Of a stretch of 51,725 nt of DNA, positions 1 to 10,103 are shown one piece after another. Location of the stretch: contig JBHIBG010000012.1 in the NCBI GenBank assembly GCA_046758965.1, positions 1-51,725 of the forward strand, written 5' to 3'. The position numbers and the translations under genes are program-made. Position 1 is the stretch's first letter, and every line of letters begins with the position of its first letter. Source of the stretch: Candidatus Methylomirabilia bacterium. GTDB taxonomy: Bacteria; Methylomirabilota; Methylomirabilia; Rokubacteriales; CSP1-6. The notes beneath the pieces are model-generated. The model ran no database searches and was not told the origin of the DNA. It worked only from the letters and a program-made list of their open reading frames with translations.

Positions 1-576
1 GCCGCTCTCAAAGAGGATCACCCCCAACTGGAAGTATGCGGCGACCATGGTGGGCTCAAGCTTTAGGGCCCGCCTCAGAGCGTCCTCCGCCTCCTTGAGC
101 CTTCCTACATCGCGGTAGGCCAGGGCGAGGTTGTAGTAGGCCGTGTCTGGGTTGGTGTAGAGCGGCAGAGCCAGAGCTGTCTGATACTGCTTGATCGCCT
201 CGTCGTACCGCCCCGACTGGGCGAGGGCCACTCCGAGGTTCTGATGAGCCTCCGCGTATTCAGGGTCCAGAGCAATGGCCTTCTCAAAGGCGGCCATGGC
301 CTCCGGGAGGTCTTTCAGGTCGAGGTGCACGAGGCCGAGGGTGTTGTGGTACCGGGGCTGTTCCGGATCGAGCGAAACGGCCTGCCGGAGAGAGGCGAGG
401 GCCGTCGAGAACCGGTTCTCGCTCAGATCCCTGAGCGCCGTGTCGTAGGCGGCGCGCGCGCGGAGCTCGTTGAGCTGCGCCTCCTGGCCGGAGGCGCACC
501 CCGCGAGCAGGACCAACGCCAGACCGAGGAGAAGCCGCTGCGGCGCGCCGCGCTTTGACGCGATTGATCGGAGCAT
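1..576 (-). CDS. TPR-repeat lipoprotein (PilF/PilW-like), runs off the left edge
   Basis: Hand translation from ATG at 576 gives MLRSIASKRGAPQRLLLGLALVLLAGC (lipobox LAGC), then TPR motifs (YHNTLGLVH, EAHQNLGVALAQSGRYDEAI, TAYYNLALAY). Not in the ORF track because no stop lies in the window. Confidence 0.8.
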   Translation of the reverse strand, partial: MLRSIASKRGAPQRLLLGLALVLLAGCASGQEAQLNELRARAAYDTALRDLSENRFSTALASLRQAVSLDPEQPRYHNTLGLVHLDLKDLPEAMAAFEKAIALDPEYAEAHQNLGVALAQSGRYDEAIKQYQTALALPLYTNPDTAYYNLALAYRDVGRLKEAEDALRRALKLEPTMVAAYFQLGVILFESG

Positions 577-584
577 GCTACAAT
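555..584 (+). promoter_or_regulatory. sigma70-like promoter for the FmdB-type gene
   Basis: TTGACG (555-560), 18 nt spacer, TACAAT (579-584) with an extended TG; overlaps the start codon of the divergent TPR gene. Confidence 0.6.
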
Positions 585-622
585 TACGACGCCATACTCA
601 CTAGATTGTTTCGGTGATATCA

Positions 623-901
623 GTGCCCACGTACGAGTACGAATGTAACGGTTGCCAGCGTACCTTCGAGATTCGCCAGCGGATCAGCGAACCTCCCCTC
701 GAGCGGTGCCCCGACTGTGGCAGCCCTGTCCGCCGCGTCTTGGCCCCGACGTCGTTTATCTTAAGAGGCTCCGGCTTCTACACCAACGATTATCCTTCGG
801 AGTCGCGGAAAAAGGGGATGGAAGCGGAGAAGAAACCCGCGCCCGACTCCTCCACCTCTTCGGCCTCGACCCCGACCTCCTCAGAGACTACCGCTTCCTG
901 A
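623..901 (+). CDS. FmdB-family zinc ribbon protein
   Basis: MPTYEYEC-x2-C...CPDC...F-x-L-x-GSGFY-x-NDY signature; Ser/Thr-rich tail; GTG start. Confidence 0.9.
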   Translation: MPTYEYECNGCQRTFEIRQRISEPPLERCPDCGSPVRRVLAPTSFILRGSGFYTNDYPSESRKKGMEAEKKPAPDSSTSSASTPTSSETTAS

Positions 902-1706
902 CCACCACCTCCGCCTCCCGGGTTGCCCCGGTTTCCGCCTGCGCGCTCCCTTCCCGGACAAAGATCTCGAGGCGGTTGCTGGATCCGAGCAGGGCTGCCG
1001 CGCTCCTGGATTTCACGTCGGCATAGCAGCCGACGACCCCCCCGACCTCACGCCCCTGGACCTCAACGGCCAGCGACTCGCGCCGCCCGAAGGCCTCCAG
1101 GTCTGCCGCGCGGATCGAGGTTATCAGGTTGCCGAAGCGATCCACGTGGACGACCTTCCCGACCAGCGCGCCCTCCTGCCAGAGCGCGCCGGGCCACGGG
1201 AGCCTCACGGGATCTGCCAGGGGGGGGCCCAGGCGCTCAAGCGGGGTGCCGAGCGACAGGGAGGCGGCTGCCGGGGCGAAAAGGTCCCGGCCGTGAAAGG
1301 TCCGGCTGACCTCGGGGAGGCGGGATGCGGCCACCTCCAGGGCCACCGCCCTCCACCCAGGCTCCCCAAAGACGAAGGTGAAGAGACCGTTGTCGGGGCC
1401 GACGAACTGCTGACCCCGGGCCGCGACAGCCAGGGGACGGCGCAGGCTCCCTACCCCGGGGTCAACCACCGCCAGGTGGATGGTGCCAGGAGGGAAGAAG
1501 GGGACGGCAGCCTCGAGAGCCAGCGCGCCTTCCAAAACGTCCTGGGGAGCGATGTTGTGGCTGAGGTCCACCAGGTGGACACGCCGGTTGATCCCCAGGA
1601 TTACGCCCTTCATGACCCCGACGAACGGGTCCCGGAGGCCAAAGTCGGTGGTGAGCGTGATAACGGTCACGGCCTGAGATGAAAACCGGCGCGCACCCTC
1701 CCTCAC
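888..1706 (-). CDS. SAM hydroxide adenosyltransferase / SAM-dependent chlorinase-fluorinase family (DUF62)
   Basis: ITLTTDFG, VVDPGVG, GPDNG, TFHGRD, HVDRFGN motifs; the start may be GTG near 1670. Confidence 0.92.
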   Translation of the reverse strand: MREGARRFSSQAVTVITLTTDFGLRDPFVGVMKGVILGINRRVHLVDLSHNIAPQDVLEGALALEAAVPFFPPGTIHLAVVDPGVGSLRRPLAVAARGQQFVGPDNGLFTFVFGEPGWRAVALEVAASRLPEVSRTFHGRDLFAPAAASLSLGTPLERLGPPLADPVRLPWPGALWQEGALVGKVVHVDRFGNLITSIRAADLEAFGRRESLAVEVQGREVGGVVGCYADVKSRSAAALLGSSNRLEIFVREGSAQAETGATREAEVVVRKR

Positions 1707-2743
1707 CGATCCCGGTCGACGACGTGCTCGGCGATCAGGGCGAGGGTCTCATGCTCCTCCGAAGGCGGAAACGGAGCCAGGTCTTCCTCGGTGGCCCGGG
1801 CGTACGCGCGCGCCTGAGCGAGGGCATACCCGACCCCGTCATACTTCGCCACCAGCCGCCGGATCCCGTCGATCTCTCCGATGTCGAGAGACCGTCGGCG
1901 AAGGAGGGAGAGGATCTCAGCCCGTTCAAAGGGATCCGCCCGCTCGAGGGTAGCGATCAGCGGGAGGGTGCGCTTCCCTTCCCTGAGGTCGGCGCCGATC
2001 GCCTTGCCGAAGCGGTCCTGATCGGCCACGAAGTCGAGCGAGTCATCCGAGATCTGGAAGGCGACCCCGAGGTGGAGCCCGTAGCGGGCCAGGGCCTCCA
2101 GCCGCTCCGCATCCAACCCTCCCAGAACTCCCCCGATGCGGCAGCAGGCCGACATGAACGAGGCGGTTTTCTTGGTGATGATGCGAAGATAGTCCGCCTC
2201 GGCGGCCTGGCCGCCGCGCTTCTTCTCCAGCTGGAACACCTCGGCTTCCGTCATGGAGACGGTGGCCCACGCCAGGGTCTCCATGATGCGCCTGTCGTTG
2301 TCGTGGACCAGCATGGCGAACGACTTCGAGTAGAGATGATCCCCGACGAGGATCGAGGCGTCGTCCCCCCACTGGGCGTTCGCCGAGGGGCGACCGCGCC
2401 GGAGCGGGGCCTGGTCCACCACATCATCGTGGATCAGCGTGGCCGTGTGGAGGAGCTCCACCACGCAGCCGAGGGTCACGCTGCGCGGGCCACGATAGCC
2501 CGCGAGCCGCGCCGCCAGGAGGAGGAGGATCGGCCGGAGCCGTTTCCCCCCTGCCCCGGCGATATAGCCACCCATCTCTTGGACCAATGGCACCGGGGAG
2601 TCCAGCTGACGGGCGATCTCCGCCTCGACGGCCGCGAGCTCGGTCCCCACCAGGCGGCGCACCCGATCCTTGAGCACGGCTTCCAGCATCGCAAGATGTT
2701 TGACCGCCATGCCTGATGTCATCCTTTGCGTGACTGCCGACAT
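1703..2743 (-). CDS. Polyprenyl (octaprenyl-like) diphosphate synthase
   Basis: GGKRLRP, LIHDDVVD...RRG (first aspartate-rich motif), FQISDDSLD, DLREGK. Confidence 0.93.
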   Translation of the reverse strand: MSAVTQRMTSGMAVKHLAMLEAVLKDRVRRLVGTELAAVEAEIARQLDSPVPLVQEMGGYIAGAGGKRLRPILLLLAARLAGYRGPRSVTLGCVVELLHTATLIHDDVVDQAPLRRGRPSANAQWGDDASILVGDHLYSKSFAMLVHDNDRRIMETLAWATVSMTEAEVFQLEKKRGGQAAEADYLRIITKKTASFMSACCRIGGVLGGLDAERLEALARYGLHLGVAFQISDDSLDFVADQDRFGKAIGADLREGKRTLPLIATLERADPFERAEILSLLRRRSLDIGEIDGIRRLVAKYDGVGYALAQARAYARATEEDLAPFPPSEEHETLALIAEHVVDRDR

Positions 2744-2884
2744 GACCTTCCGCCGGTCAGGGCCGACCGTCACTGCGACGGAAGGGGTCGGCGCAATAGT
2801 GCGACCGTTTCGCGAGAGGGAAGCTCAGAGAGGGTGGAGCCGGCGCCTCGCACGGGCCGGTGCAGGTGGCCTCCTCCGCGTGCC

Positions 2885-3553
2885 CTACCGAGGCACGACC
2901 CGGTCTTTCACCTTGATCGTCTCCCCCGGGGCCACGAACTGGATCTCGGCTACTGAGAACCGATCCCGGATCTCGACCACCTTGGCCCGACCGACCTCCT
3001 CGTCCAGCTCACCCAGCAGCTCGCCTGTCACGGGATGAACGATCGGGAGCTTTTCGCCGTGCAGGCTCACGAGACCTCCAAGCCTGAGCCCATCCTTCGC
3101 GGTCAGGTCAATCACGATACGGGTCGTGTCCACATAGACCACGTAACCGCGTGAGCGCGCAACCGGGGCGGCCGCGCCCTCGGAGCCGGGGGCCGGCTGC
3201 CGACGGCCGTCGGCCCCTCCCTGGACCGGGCTGATCTTCCCGCCGCCGGGGGGGGAGCCATACCTGGCCGCGATCTCCGGGGGCGCGATGAGGGACCGCT
3301 TACCGAAGAGAATCCGCCCGAACGTCCGGGGGATCTTGTCCTCCTCCACCCAGATATACTCGGGCTCGCTGGGGACATCCCCGAAGCGGGGGTTCTTGAT
3401 CAGGACCCACCGCGGCTCCAGGCTCTGGATGGAGACGGAGGGCTTGCCAGCCGCCGGAAAGCCTGCCAGCTCGGTGAGACTCCTCCCGCACCCGGCCGCA
3501 AGCAGTACAACTGTCACGGCCCCGGCCAAGGTTTTCATAGGACCCCGGTTCAT
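2885..3553 (-). CDS. Lipoprotein with a C-terminal FlgT_C-like domain
   Basis: Lipobox LAAGC; C-terminal segment VIDL...G...HPVTGELLG...AKVVEIRDRFSVAEI...IKVKDRV resembles the FlgT C-terminal fold. Confidence 0.6.
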   Translation of the reverse strand: MNRGPMKTLAGAVTVVLLAAGCGRSLTELAGFPAAGKPSVSIQSLEPRWVLIKNPRFGDVPSEPEYIWVEEDKIPRTFGRILFGKRSLIAPPEIAARYGSPPGGGKISPVQGGADGRRQPAPGSEGAAAPVARSRGYVVYVDTTRIVIDLTAKDGLRLGGLVSLHGEKLPIVHPVTGELLGELDEEVGRAKVVEIRDRFSVAEIQFVAPGETIKVKDRVVPR

Positions 3554-3597
3554 GGCGCCCCCTACCATAGCAGAGTCGCTCCGCCGGGTCCAGATGG

Positions 3598-4443
3598 TCA
3601 CCCCAGGGCGACGGCCCGGTCGAGAGCCCCGGCCCGAGGCTCCCAGGGGAAGCGCTGCTTCCTGTCGGGCTCGAGACGGATCAGCTGCTGGCGCCGGGAG
3701 AACAGCGCCGTGCCCGTGACCGCAGAGATCCAGGTCACGTCCAGGTAGGTGGCCCCCGCGCGCGCGAGGAGCACCGGTATGATCCAACAGGCCACCCCAA
3801 GATCCGATCCCACCGATACGACCGTGGCCGGCGAGGCCAAGATCTCCTCCACCCGCAGCCCCTCGGCGGCCAGGAGATCGGCGACCTCTTGCGGATCGAC
3901 CACCTGAAAGCGCTTGGTGCGTTCGAGCGCGACGGCGATCAGGTACGGCACCCTTCTCAGGTCGGCCCCCGACCCGGTCAGGTCCAGCAGAGGAGCCACG
4001 GCCACGCGGATCCGGCCCCGCGTGATCCGCACCCCGTCTCCGGGGGCGGGGCGGCGGGCGCTGTCTGCCGGAATGTACACGGCCTCCGAGTACCTGGGGA
4101 ATACCCGGATCACCCGGGCATACCCCAGATGCTCCTCGTAGCGACCCAGAGGCTTCTCGGTGATCGGGTGGCGGAACACCTCCCCTTTCCTGAAGACCGC
4201 GAACTCCTGCCCTTCCCGAACCCCGTCTTCCTCGGAGAGATCCATATAGAGCCGATCGCCGTCCACGGTCACCACCAACCCCTCTGCGGCGGGGAAGGCG
4301 TCTACGAATGCACCCACCATGAGCCGGAAGGCCGCGCCGACCTGGTCGGCAAGCCCCGCGCTAGCCGGCGTCGCGCAGAGCAGCGACGCGGCGACAAGCC
4401 CGACCCCCGAAAGCCTGAGCCCGGCGGTTCGAGCCAGCCGCAT
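3598..4443 (-). CDS. Exported protein with a FlgT_C-like domain and a second alpha/beta domain
   Basis: Signal peptide ending ASA; VVTVDGDRLYMDL...HPITEKPLG...ARVIRV...GDGVR, then RIRVAVAPLLD. Confidence 0.6.
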   Translation of the reverse strand: MRLARTAGLRLSGVGLVAASLLCATPASAGLADQVGAAFRLMVGAFVDAFPAAEGLVVTVDGDRLYMDLSEEDGVREGQEFAVFRKGEVFRHPITEKPLGRYEEHLGYARVIRVFPRYSEAVYIPADSARRPAPGDGVRITRGRIRVAVAPLLDLTGSGADLRRVPYLIAVALERTKRFQVVDPQEVADLLAAEGLRVEEILASPATVVSVGSDLGVACWIIPVLLARAGATYLDVTWISAVTGTALFSRRQQLIRLEPDRKQRFPWEPRAGALDRAVALG

Positions 4444-4464
4444 CGTGAGACCTCTCCAGTGGGG

Positions 4465-6135
4465 TCAGAAGACGATCGACGGCCGATGCGCCCCAAACAC
4501 CCGACGGAGCGCATCGCAGATCTCGCCCAGCGTCACCGATGCGTCGACCGCCTCGAGAAGTGGCGGAAGGAGGTTCTCCCTGCCGCTCGCGCTCCTCTCG
4601 ACCCGCTCCAGCGCCCGGGCCGCCCGGTCCCCGTCCCGCCTCTTGTGGAACTCGGCCAGGCGCTCCCTCACACGCTCCGCCACCTTCGGGTCTGGCTGGA
4701 AGAGGCTGGCGGCCGGGCACTCCTCGGTGACAAACTCGTTCACGCCCACCACGATCCGGGCCTTTGACTCCACTTCCTGCTGGTAGCGGTAGGCGGCCTC
4801 CTGGATTTCGCGCTGCATGAAGGGGATGGCGTGGATCGCCCCGCCCATCCCGTCGATCTTGGCGATGTAGCTCTCCGCCTCTTCCTCGATCTGGCGGGTC
4901 AGCCGCTCCACGGCGTAGGACCCCCCCAAGGGGTCGGCGCTGTCGGTTACGCCGGACTCGCAGGCCAGGACCTGCTGAGCCCTGAGCGCGATCCGAACCG
5001 CCTGCTCGGACGGAAGCGAGAGGGCCTCATCCATGGAGTTGGTGTGGAGCGACTGGCACCCCCCAAGCACCGCAGCCAAGGCCTGGACCGTGACGCGGAC
5101 GATGTTGTTCTCCGGCTGCTGCGCCGTGAGTGTACTCCCGGCCGTTTGCGCGTGGAACCGGAGCATCCATGAGCGTGAGTCCCGAGCCCCGAAGCGCTCG
5201 CGAACGATGCGGGCCCAGAGGCGCCGGGCCGCGCGGAACTTCGCGACCTCCTCGATCAGGTTGTTGTGGGCGTTGAAGAAGAAGCTGAGCTGCGGAGCGA
5301 ACTCGTCCACCTCGAGCCCCGCCGCCAAAGCCGCCTCGACATACGCGATCCCGTTGGAGAGCGTGAAGGCCACTTCCTGGACCGCGGTACAGCCAGCCTC
5401 GCGCATGTGGTAGCCGGAGATGGAGATGGTGTTCCAGCGGGGCACCCGGTCCTTGCAGAAGGCGAAGGTGTCGGTGATCAGGCGCATGGACGGTCCCGGC
5501 GGGTAGATGTAGGTGCCACGCGCGATGTACTCTTTGAGGATATCATTCTGAACGGTCCCCGAGAGTCGCTCGACGGGGACCCTCTGACGCCGGGCCACGG
5601 CGATGTAGAGAGAGAGAAGGATCGCCGCCGTGGCGTTGATGGTCATGGAGGTGGAGACGCGGTCCAGCGGGATGCCGGCGAAGAGAGCGGTCATCTCCTC
5701 GATGGACGAGACGGACACGCCCACCTTTCCCACCTCGCCGAACGCCTGCGGATGGTCGGCGTCGTAGCCCATCTGGGTCGGGAGGTCGAAGGCGACGCTG
5801 AGCCCGGTCTGACCCTGCGCGAGGAGGTAGCGATAGCGGGCGTTGGTCTCCTCCGCGCTCCCGAAGCCGGCGTACTGGCGCATTGTCCACAGGCGCCCCC
5901 GGTACATCGTGGGATGGATGCCACGGGTGAACGGGTACTCCCCCGGAAACCCCAGGTCCCTGAGGTAGTCGAGGCGGGGCGCGGCGGCGGGCATATAGAC
6001 CCGTTCCGTAGGGCTGCCCCACGAGGTGGTGAACGGCCCCTCCCGGTCGGGCGTCCGGTCGAGTTGCGGCCCGAGCGTCTCCTGCTCCCACCGCTCCCTG
6101 GCCGCCTCGATGCGCCGCCGCTCCTCTTGCTCCAT
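4465..6135 (-). CDS. Methylmalonyl-CoA mutase-family large (substrate-binding) subunit, no B12 domain
   Basis: [60 protein letters not shown]. Confidence 0.95.
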   Translation of the reverse strand: MEQEERRRIEAARERWEQETLGPQLDRTPDREGPFTTSWGSPTERVYMPAAAPRLDYLRDLGFPGEYPFTRGIHPTMYRGRLWTMRQYAGFGSAEETNARYRYLLAQGQTGLSVAFDLPTQMGYDADHPQAFGEVGKVGVSVSSIEEMTALFAGIPLDRVSTSMTINATAAILLSLYIAVARRQRVPVERLSGTVQNDILKEYIARGTYIYPPGPSMRLITDTFAFCKDRVPRWNTISISGYHMREAGCTAVQEVAFTLSNGIAYVEAALAAGLEVDEFAPQLSFFFNAHNNLIEEVAKFRAARRLWARIVRERFGARDSRSWMLRFHAQTAGSTLTAQQPENNIVRVTVQALAAVLGGCQSLHTNSMDEALSLPSEQAVRIALRAQQVLACESGVTDSADPLGGSYAVERLTRQIEEEAESYIAKIDGMGGAIHAIPFMQREIQEAAYRYQQEVESKARIVVGVNEFVTEECPAASLFQPDPKVAERVRERLAEFHKRRDGDRAARALERVERSASGRENLLPPLLEAVDASVTLGEICDALRRVFGAHRPSIVF

Positions 6136-6169
6136 GCCCCTCACCCCTCGCCCGCGTCCATGCCCACGC

Positions 6170-7720
6170 CTACAACGGGATGTTCCCGTGCTTCTTGGGC
6201 GGGTTCGTGTCCCGCTTGCTCTGGAGCAGCTCCAGGGCCTGAATCAGCTTCCGCCGGGTGTCCCGGGGCTCGATGACCTCGTCGATGTACCCCCGCTCTG
6301 CCGCCACATACGGCGTGGCGAACTTCTCCCGGTACTCCTGCGTCTTCTCCTCTTTGAACCTCACGGAATCGGACGCCTTATCCAGCTCGCGCCGGTAGAG
6401 GATGCTCACGGCGCCCTCGGGCCCCATCACGGCGATCTCGGCCGCAGGGTAGGCGAAGTTCATGTCCCCTCGGATGTGCTTGGACGACATGACGCAGTAC
6501 GCGCCGCCGTACGCCTTGCGCGTGATCACCGTGAGCTTTGGGACCGTGGCCTCGCAGTAGGCGTAGAGAAGCTTCGCCCCGTGCTTGATGATCCCGCCGT
6601 ACTCCTGCCCGGTGCCAGGCAGGAACCCGGGCACGTCCTCGAAGGTGACGAGCGGGATGTTGAAGCAGTCGCAGAAGCGGACGAAGCGCGCGCCCTTCAC
6701 CGAGGCATTGATGTCCAAGCATCCGGCCAGGTGGGCGGGCTGATTGGCTACGATCCCCACCGGCCGACCGCCCAGCCGACCGAAGCCCACCACGATGTTC
6801 TGAGCGAAGTCGGCGTGAACCTCGAGGAAGTAGCGCTCGTCCAGGACAGCGCGGATGACCTCCTTGATGTCGTAGGGCTTGTTGGGCTGGTCAGGCACGA
6901 CCAGCTGGAGTTCCTCATCAACCCGGTCCGAAGGGTCGAGCGTCTGCCAGACCGGCGGGTCCTCCATGTTGTTCTGCGGCAGGAAGGTCAGGAGCTCCCG
7001 GATCAACGCCAGACACTCCTCCTCGTTTTCAGAGGCGAAGTGGGCCACGCCCGAGGTGGCCGCATGGGTCGAGGCTCCACCGAGCTCCTCGAAGGTCACC
7101 TCCTCGTGAGTCACCGCCCTGATCACATCAGGCCCGGTCACGAACATGTAGCTGGTGTTCTTTACCATGAAGGTGAAGTCGGTGATCGCCGGCGAGTAAA
7201 CCGCACCTCCCGCGCTCGGGCCCATGATAGCCGAGATCTGGGGCACCACCCCGGAGGCAAGGGTGTTGCGCAAGAAGATCTCTGCGTAGCCGGCCAGCGA
7301 GACCACCCCCTCCTGGATCCGGGCGCCCCCCGAGTCGTTCAGCGCGATAATGGGTACGCCGGCCTTCACGGCCAGGTCCATCACCTTGCAGATCTTGCGG
7401 GCGTAGGCCTCGGAGAGGGAGCCGCCAAAGACGGTGAAGTCCTGGGCGATGAGGAACACCGGCCGGCCGTGGATGCGTCCTGAGCCCGTCACCACCCCGT
7501 CGCCGAGGATTTTCTGCCTCTCCATCCCAAAATCCCGGCACTGGTGCACCACGAAGCGGTCCAGCTCGGCAAAGGAGTCCTTGTCCAGCAGGAGCTCGAT
7601 CCGCTCCCGGGCAGCCTTTTTTCCTGCCTCGTGCTGGCGCCGGATGCGCTCCTCTCCGCCCCCCAGCTCGGCGGCGCGGTTGCGTCTTTCGAGTTCCTCG
7701 AACCGATCCTGAAGGGCCAT
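6170..7720 (-). CDS. pccB: Acyl-CoA (propionyl-CoA) carboxylase beta / carboxyltransferase subunit
   Basis: [38 protein letters not shown]-terminal KKHGNIPL. Confidence 0.93.
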   Translation of the reverse strand: MALQDRFEELERRNRAAELGGGEERIRRQHEAGKKAARERIELLLDKDSFAELDRFVVHQCRDFGMERQKILGDGVVTGSGRIHGRPVFLIAQDFTVFGGSLSEAYARKICKVMDLAVKAGVPIIALNDSGGARIQEGVVSLAGYAEIFLRNTLASGVVPQISAIMGPSAGGAVYSPAITDFTFMVKNTSYMFVTGPDVIRAVTHEEVTFEELGGASTHAATSGVAHFASENEEECLALIRELLTFLPQNNMEDPPVWQTLDPSDRVDEELQLVVPDQPNKPYDIKEVIRAVLDERYFLEVHADFAQNIVVGFGRLGGRPVGIVANQPAHLAGCLDINASVKGARFVRFCDCFNIPLVTFEDVPGFLPGTGQEYGGIIKHGAKLLYAYCEATVPKLTVITRKAYGGAYCVMSSKHIRGDMNFAYPAAEIAVMGPEGAVSILYRRELDKASDSVRFKEEKTQEYREKFATPYVAAERGYIDEVIEPRDTRRKLIQALELLQSKRDTNPPKKHGNIPL

Positions 7721-7758
7721 TGGCGGTACCTCGGAAGGAGGAGTCACAGCTTCTGGGA

Positions 7759-7788
7759 AGTATAGGGACAGGAGTGGCGGAAAGTCAA
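7759..7788 (-). promoter_or_regulatory. sigma70-like promoter for the pccB run
   Basis: TTGACT, 18 nt spacer, TATACT on the minus strand. Confidence 0.65.
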
Positions 7789-7818
7789 CGTATTTCAATC
7801 ACTTGAGGCCATCGCGGT

Positions 7819-7847
7819 TTGACTTCTCGATCCCGCTCTGAGATAAT
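7819..7847 (+). promoter_or_regulatory. sigma70-like promoter for the DUF948-YtxH pair
   Basis: TTGACT, 17 nt spacer, GATAAT with an extended TG; lies 8 nt before the GTG start. Confidence 0.65.
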
Positions 7848-7855
7848 GCCGCCCC

Positions 7856-8227
7856 GTGACGACCTGGGCCATTGTCGCGATCGCCGGCGTCCTGCTGGCT
7901 GTGGTAGTCGTCCTCATCCCTACGCTCCTGGCCGTCAGGCGGGCCGCCATCCGAGCCGAGACGGTGCTGGGCTATCTGGAGCGCGAGATCCGGCCCACGG
8001 CGAGGCAGCTTCAGACACTGGCCGAGGAAGTCGGGTCCCTTTCCCGCCAGGCCGGTCGGGAGCTCGAACGGGTCGCGAGCCGCGTGGACGAGCTCTCCCG
8101 CCGGATCGGCATGCTCGTGGGGGTCGTGAGCAGCCTGACGCGTGTGGGCCAGATCGTCACCGCGGCGAGCGGGGTGAGGAGGGGCGTGAATGTCTTTCTC
8201 TCGCGACTTCGTTCGAACAAAACGTAG
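7856..8227 (+). CDS. DUF948-like (YoxC-like) membrane-anchored coiled-coil protein
   Basis: N-terminal TM segment followed by heptad helices; typical partner of YtxH. Confidence 0.75.
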   Translation: MTTWAIVAIAGVLLAVVVVLIPTLLAVRRAAIRAETVLGYLEREIRPTARQLQTLAEEVGSLSRQAGRELERVASRVDELSRRIGMLVGVVSSLTRVGQIVTAASGVRRGVNVFLSRLRSNKT

Positions 8228-8250
8228 TCACCGCCAGAGGAGGGAGATCG

Positions 8251-8577
8251 ATGAGTGACGGGCAAGGTTCCGGGGGCGACCCGGCAGGCTATCTCGGGTG
8301 GTTTTTCCTCGGGGCGATACTGGGCGCCGCCGCAGCGTTCGTGCTCGCCCCCCGGACCGGATCGGAGACACGGGAGCTCCTCAAGGAGAAGAGCTCGGAA
8401 TTCACCAAGCGCGCCGGGGAGTTTGCAGGCGAGGCCCAGGTCAAGGCCGGAGACTTCTTCGACAAGGGCCGGGACTTCCTGGAGGAGCAGACCCGGCGGT
8501 TCAGGTCTGCCTTTGAGGCCGGCAGGCAGGCCATGAAGGAAGAGATGTCGAACGAGCGAGAGGATGGTTCGGCCTAG
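8251..8577 (+). CDS. YtxH-domain protein
   Basis: FFLGAILGAAAAFVLAPRTGSETRE motif; RBS GAGGAGG. Confidence 0.9.
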   Translation: MSDGQGSGGDPAGYLGWFFLGAILGAAAAFVLAPRTGSETRELLKEKSSEFTKRAGEFAGEAQVKAGDFFDKGRDFLEEQTRRFRSAFEAGRQAMKEEMSNEREDGSA

Positions 8578-8584
8578 GGCGGAT

Positions 8585-8606
8585 GGCCCCGCTCGCGGCG
8601 GGAGCC
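8585..8606. terminator. GC hairpin between convergent genes
   Basis: GGC-CCCGC-TCGCG-GCGGG-A-GCC between the YtxH and lpdA stops; no U-tract. Confidence 0.35.
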
Positions 8607-8622
8607 GGAGTCTCGGTCCCTC

Positions 8623-10017
8623 TCAGAGGTGAATCGCGCGCTCGAGAGCCGCGAGCGTGGCCTCCAGCGCAGCCTCGGAGAGGGTCGGGTGGGCATGGAT
8701 GGTGTGGATGATCTCTTCGAGGGTGGCCTCCAGGCTCCGACCCACCGTGAACTCGTGGATCAGCTCGGTGGCCTCAGGCCCTAGGATGTGGACGCCGAGA
8801 ATCTCTCCAGTGGCCTTGTCCGCCACCACCTTGAGGAACCCCTCCGGCGACCCGAGTGCGACTGCCTTCGCATTGGCCGCGAACGGGAAGCGTCCGACAG
8901 TCAGCTCGCGGCCGGAGGCCCTGGCCTGGGCCTCGGTGGCCCCGAGCGAGGCAACCTGGGGACGGCAGTAGGTGCAACTCGGGACGTTGTCATAGTCCAC
9001 CGGCCGGGGCTCACGACCGGCGATCGCCTCGGCCGCCACGACGCCTTCGGCCATGGCCTTGTGGGCCAGGAGCGGGGGACCGACCATATCGCCCACCGCG
9101 TAGAGCCCCTTCACCGAGCTCTCCATCAGCTGACCCACCTTCACGTACCCGCGCTCCACGGCCACGCCGATCGCCTCGAGCCCCAGCTGGGAGGTCTTGG
9201 CGCCCCGCCCCACGGCCATCAGCACGCGCTCGGCGACAAAGCGCTCGGCCCGTCCCTGGATCTCAGCTTCGACGACGACCTCCCCCGACCCGGGCGTCAC
9301 TCGGGCCACCTGGACGCCTGTCCTCACGGCAATCCCCCGACGGCTGAACAGACGCGTGAGCTGGGCAGCCACCTCCTCATCCTCTAGAGGCAGGATCCGC
9401 GGCAGCCCCTCAAGGAGCGTGACCTCGACTCCGTACGTGGCATAGACGTCGGCAAATTCCACGCCCACCGCGCCCGCGCCCACAATCAGCAGAGACTGGG
9501 GAGCGGTCTCGATCCGCACCGCCCCGTTCGAGGAGATCACGTGCTTCTCGTCGATCCTCACCCCCGGGAGCGATTTCGGCTCGGAACCCGTGGCGAGGAT
9601 GACCGCGCGAGCCTCGAGCGCGGTCCTGCCGCTCTCGCCGGTCACCTCCACGGAGGTGGGGCCGGTGAGCCTGCCGCGCCCGGGAAAGAGCGCAATCTTG
9701 TTCTTCCTGAAGAGAAACTCGACACCCCGAGCCATCCGGTCGGCCACGGTGCGGCTCCGCCGGATCGCCTCGCCATAGTCGGCCTCGAAGCCTGAGATCC
9801 TGATCCCGAACTCCTGGGCCCGTTGGACGAGCCCCACGACCTCGGCGTTCCGGAGGAGCGCCTTGGTCGGAATACACCCCCAGTTCAGGCAGACGCCCCC
9901 GGGGCGGTCGTCCTCGATCGCGGCCACCGAGAGACCCAGCTGCGCGGAGCGGATGGCCGCCACGTACCCCCCCGGACCGGTCCCCACCACCGCGACATCG
10001 AACTTCTGGCCTGCCAC
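8623..10017 (-). CDS. lpdA: Dihydrolipoyl dehydrogenase (E3)
   Basis: GTGPGGYVAAIR, GGVCLNWGCIPTK redox disulfide, GAGAVG, HAHPTLSE; GTG start after GAGGAG. Confidence 0.96.
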   Translation of the reverse strand: MAGQKFDVAVVGTGPGGYVAAIRSAQLGLSVAAIEDDRPGGVCLNWGCIPTKALLRNAEVVGLVQRAQEFGIRISGFEADYGEAIRRSRTVADRMARGVEFLFRKNKIALFPGRGRLTGPTSVEVTGESGRTALEARAVILATGSEPKSLPGVRIDEKHVISSNGAVRIETAPQSLLIVGAGAVGVEFADVYATYGVEVTLLEGLPRILPLEDEEVAAQLTRLFSRRGIAVRTGVQVARVTPGSGEVVVEAEIQGRAERFVAERVLMAVGRGAKTSQLGLEAIGVAVERGYVKVGQLMESSVKGLYAVGDMVGPPLLAHKAMAEGVVAAEAIAGREPRPVDYDNVPSCTYCRPQVASLGATEAQARASGRELTVGRFPFAANAKAVALGSPEGFLKVVADKATGEILGVHILGPEATELIHEFTVGRSLEATLEEIIHTIHAHPTLSEAALEATLAALERAIHL

Positions 10018-10103
10018 CGCTTCTCTCCTCGCTCCCTCAAAAACTCGACAGGGCAGACCTCGGAGGATCTGCCACCCCGGCACCGTCCTCTGCCGAGATC
10101 CGC

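Noticed and set aside
888..1706. Fluorinase/chlorinase halogenation system
   Set aside because: The housekeeping context and lack of biosynthetic neighbours fit the widespread DUF62 SAM hydrolase better; halogenase activity cannot be read from the motifs seen.
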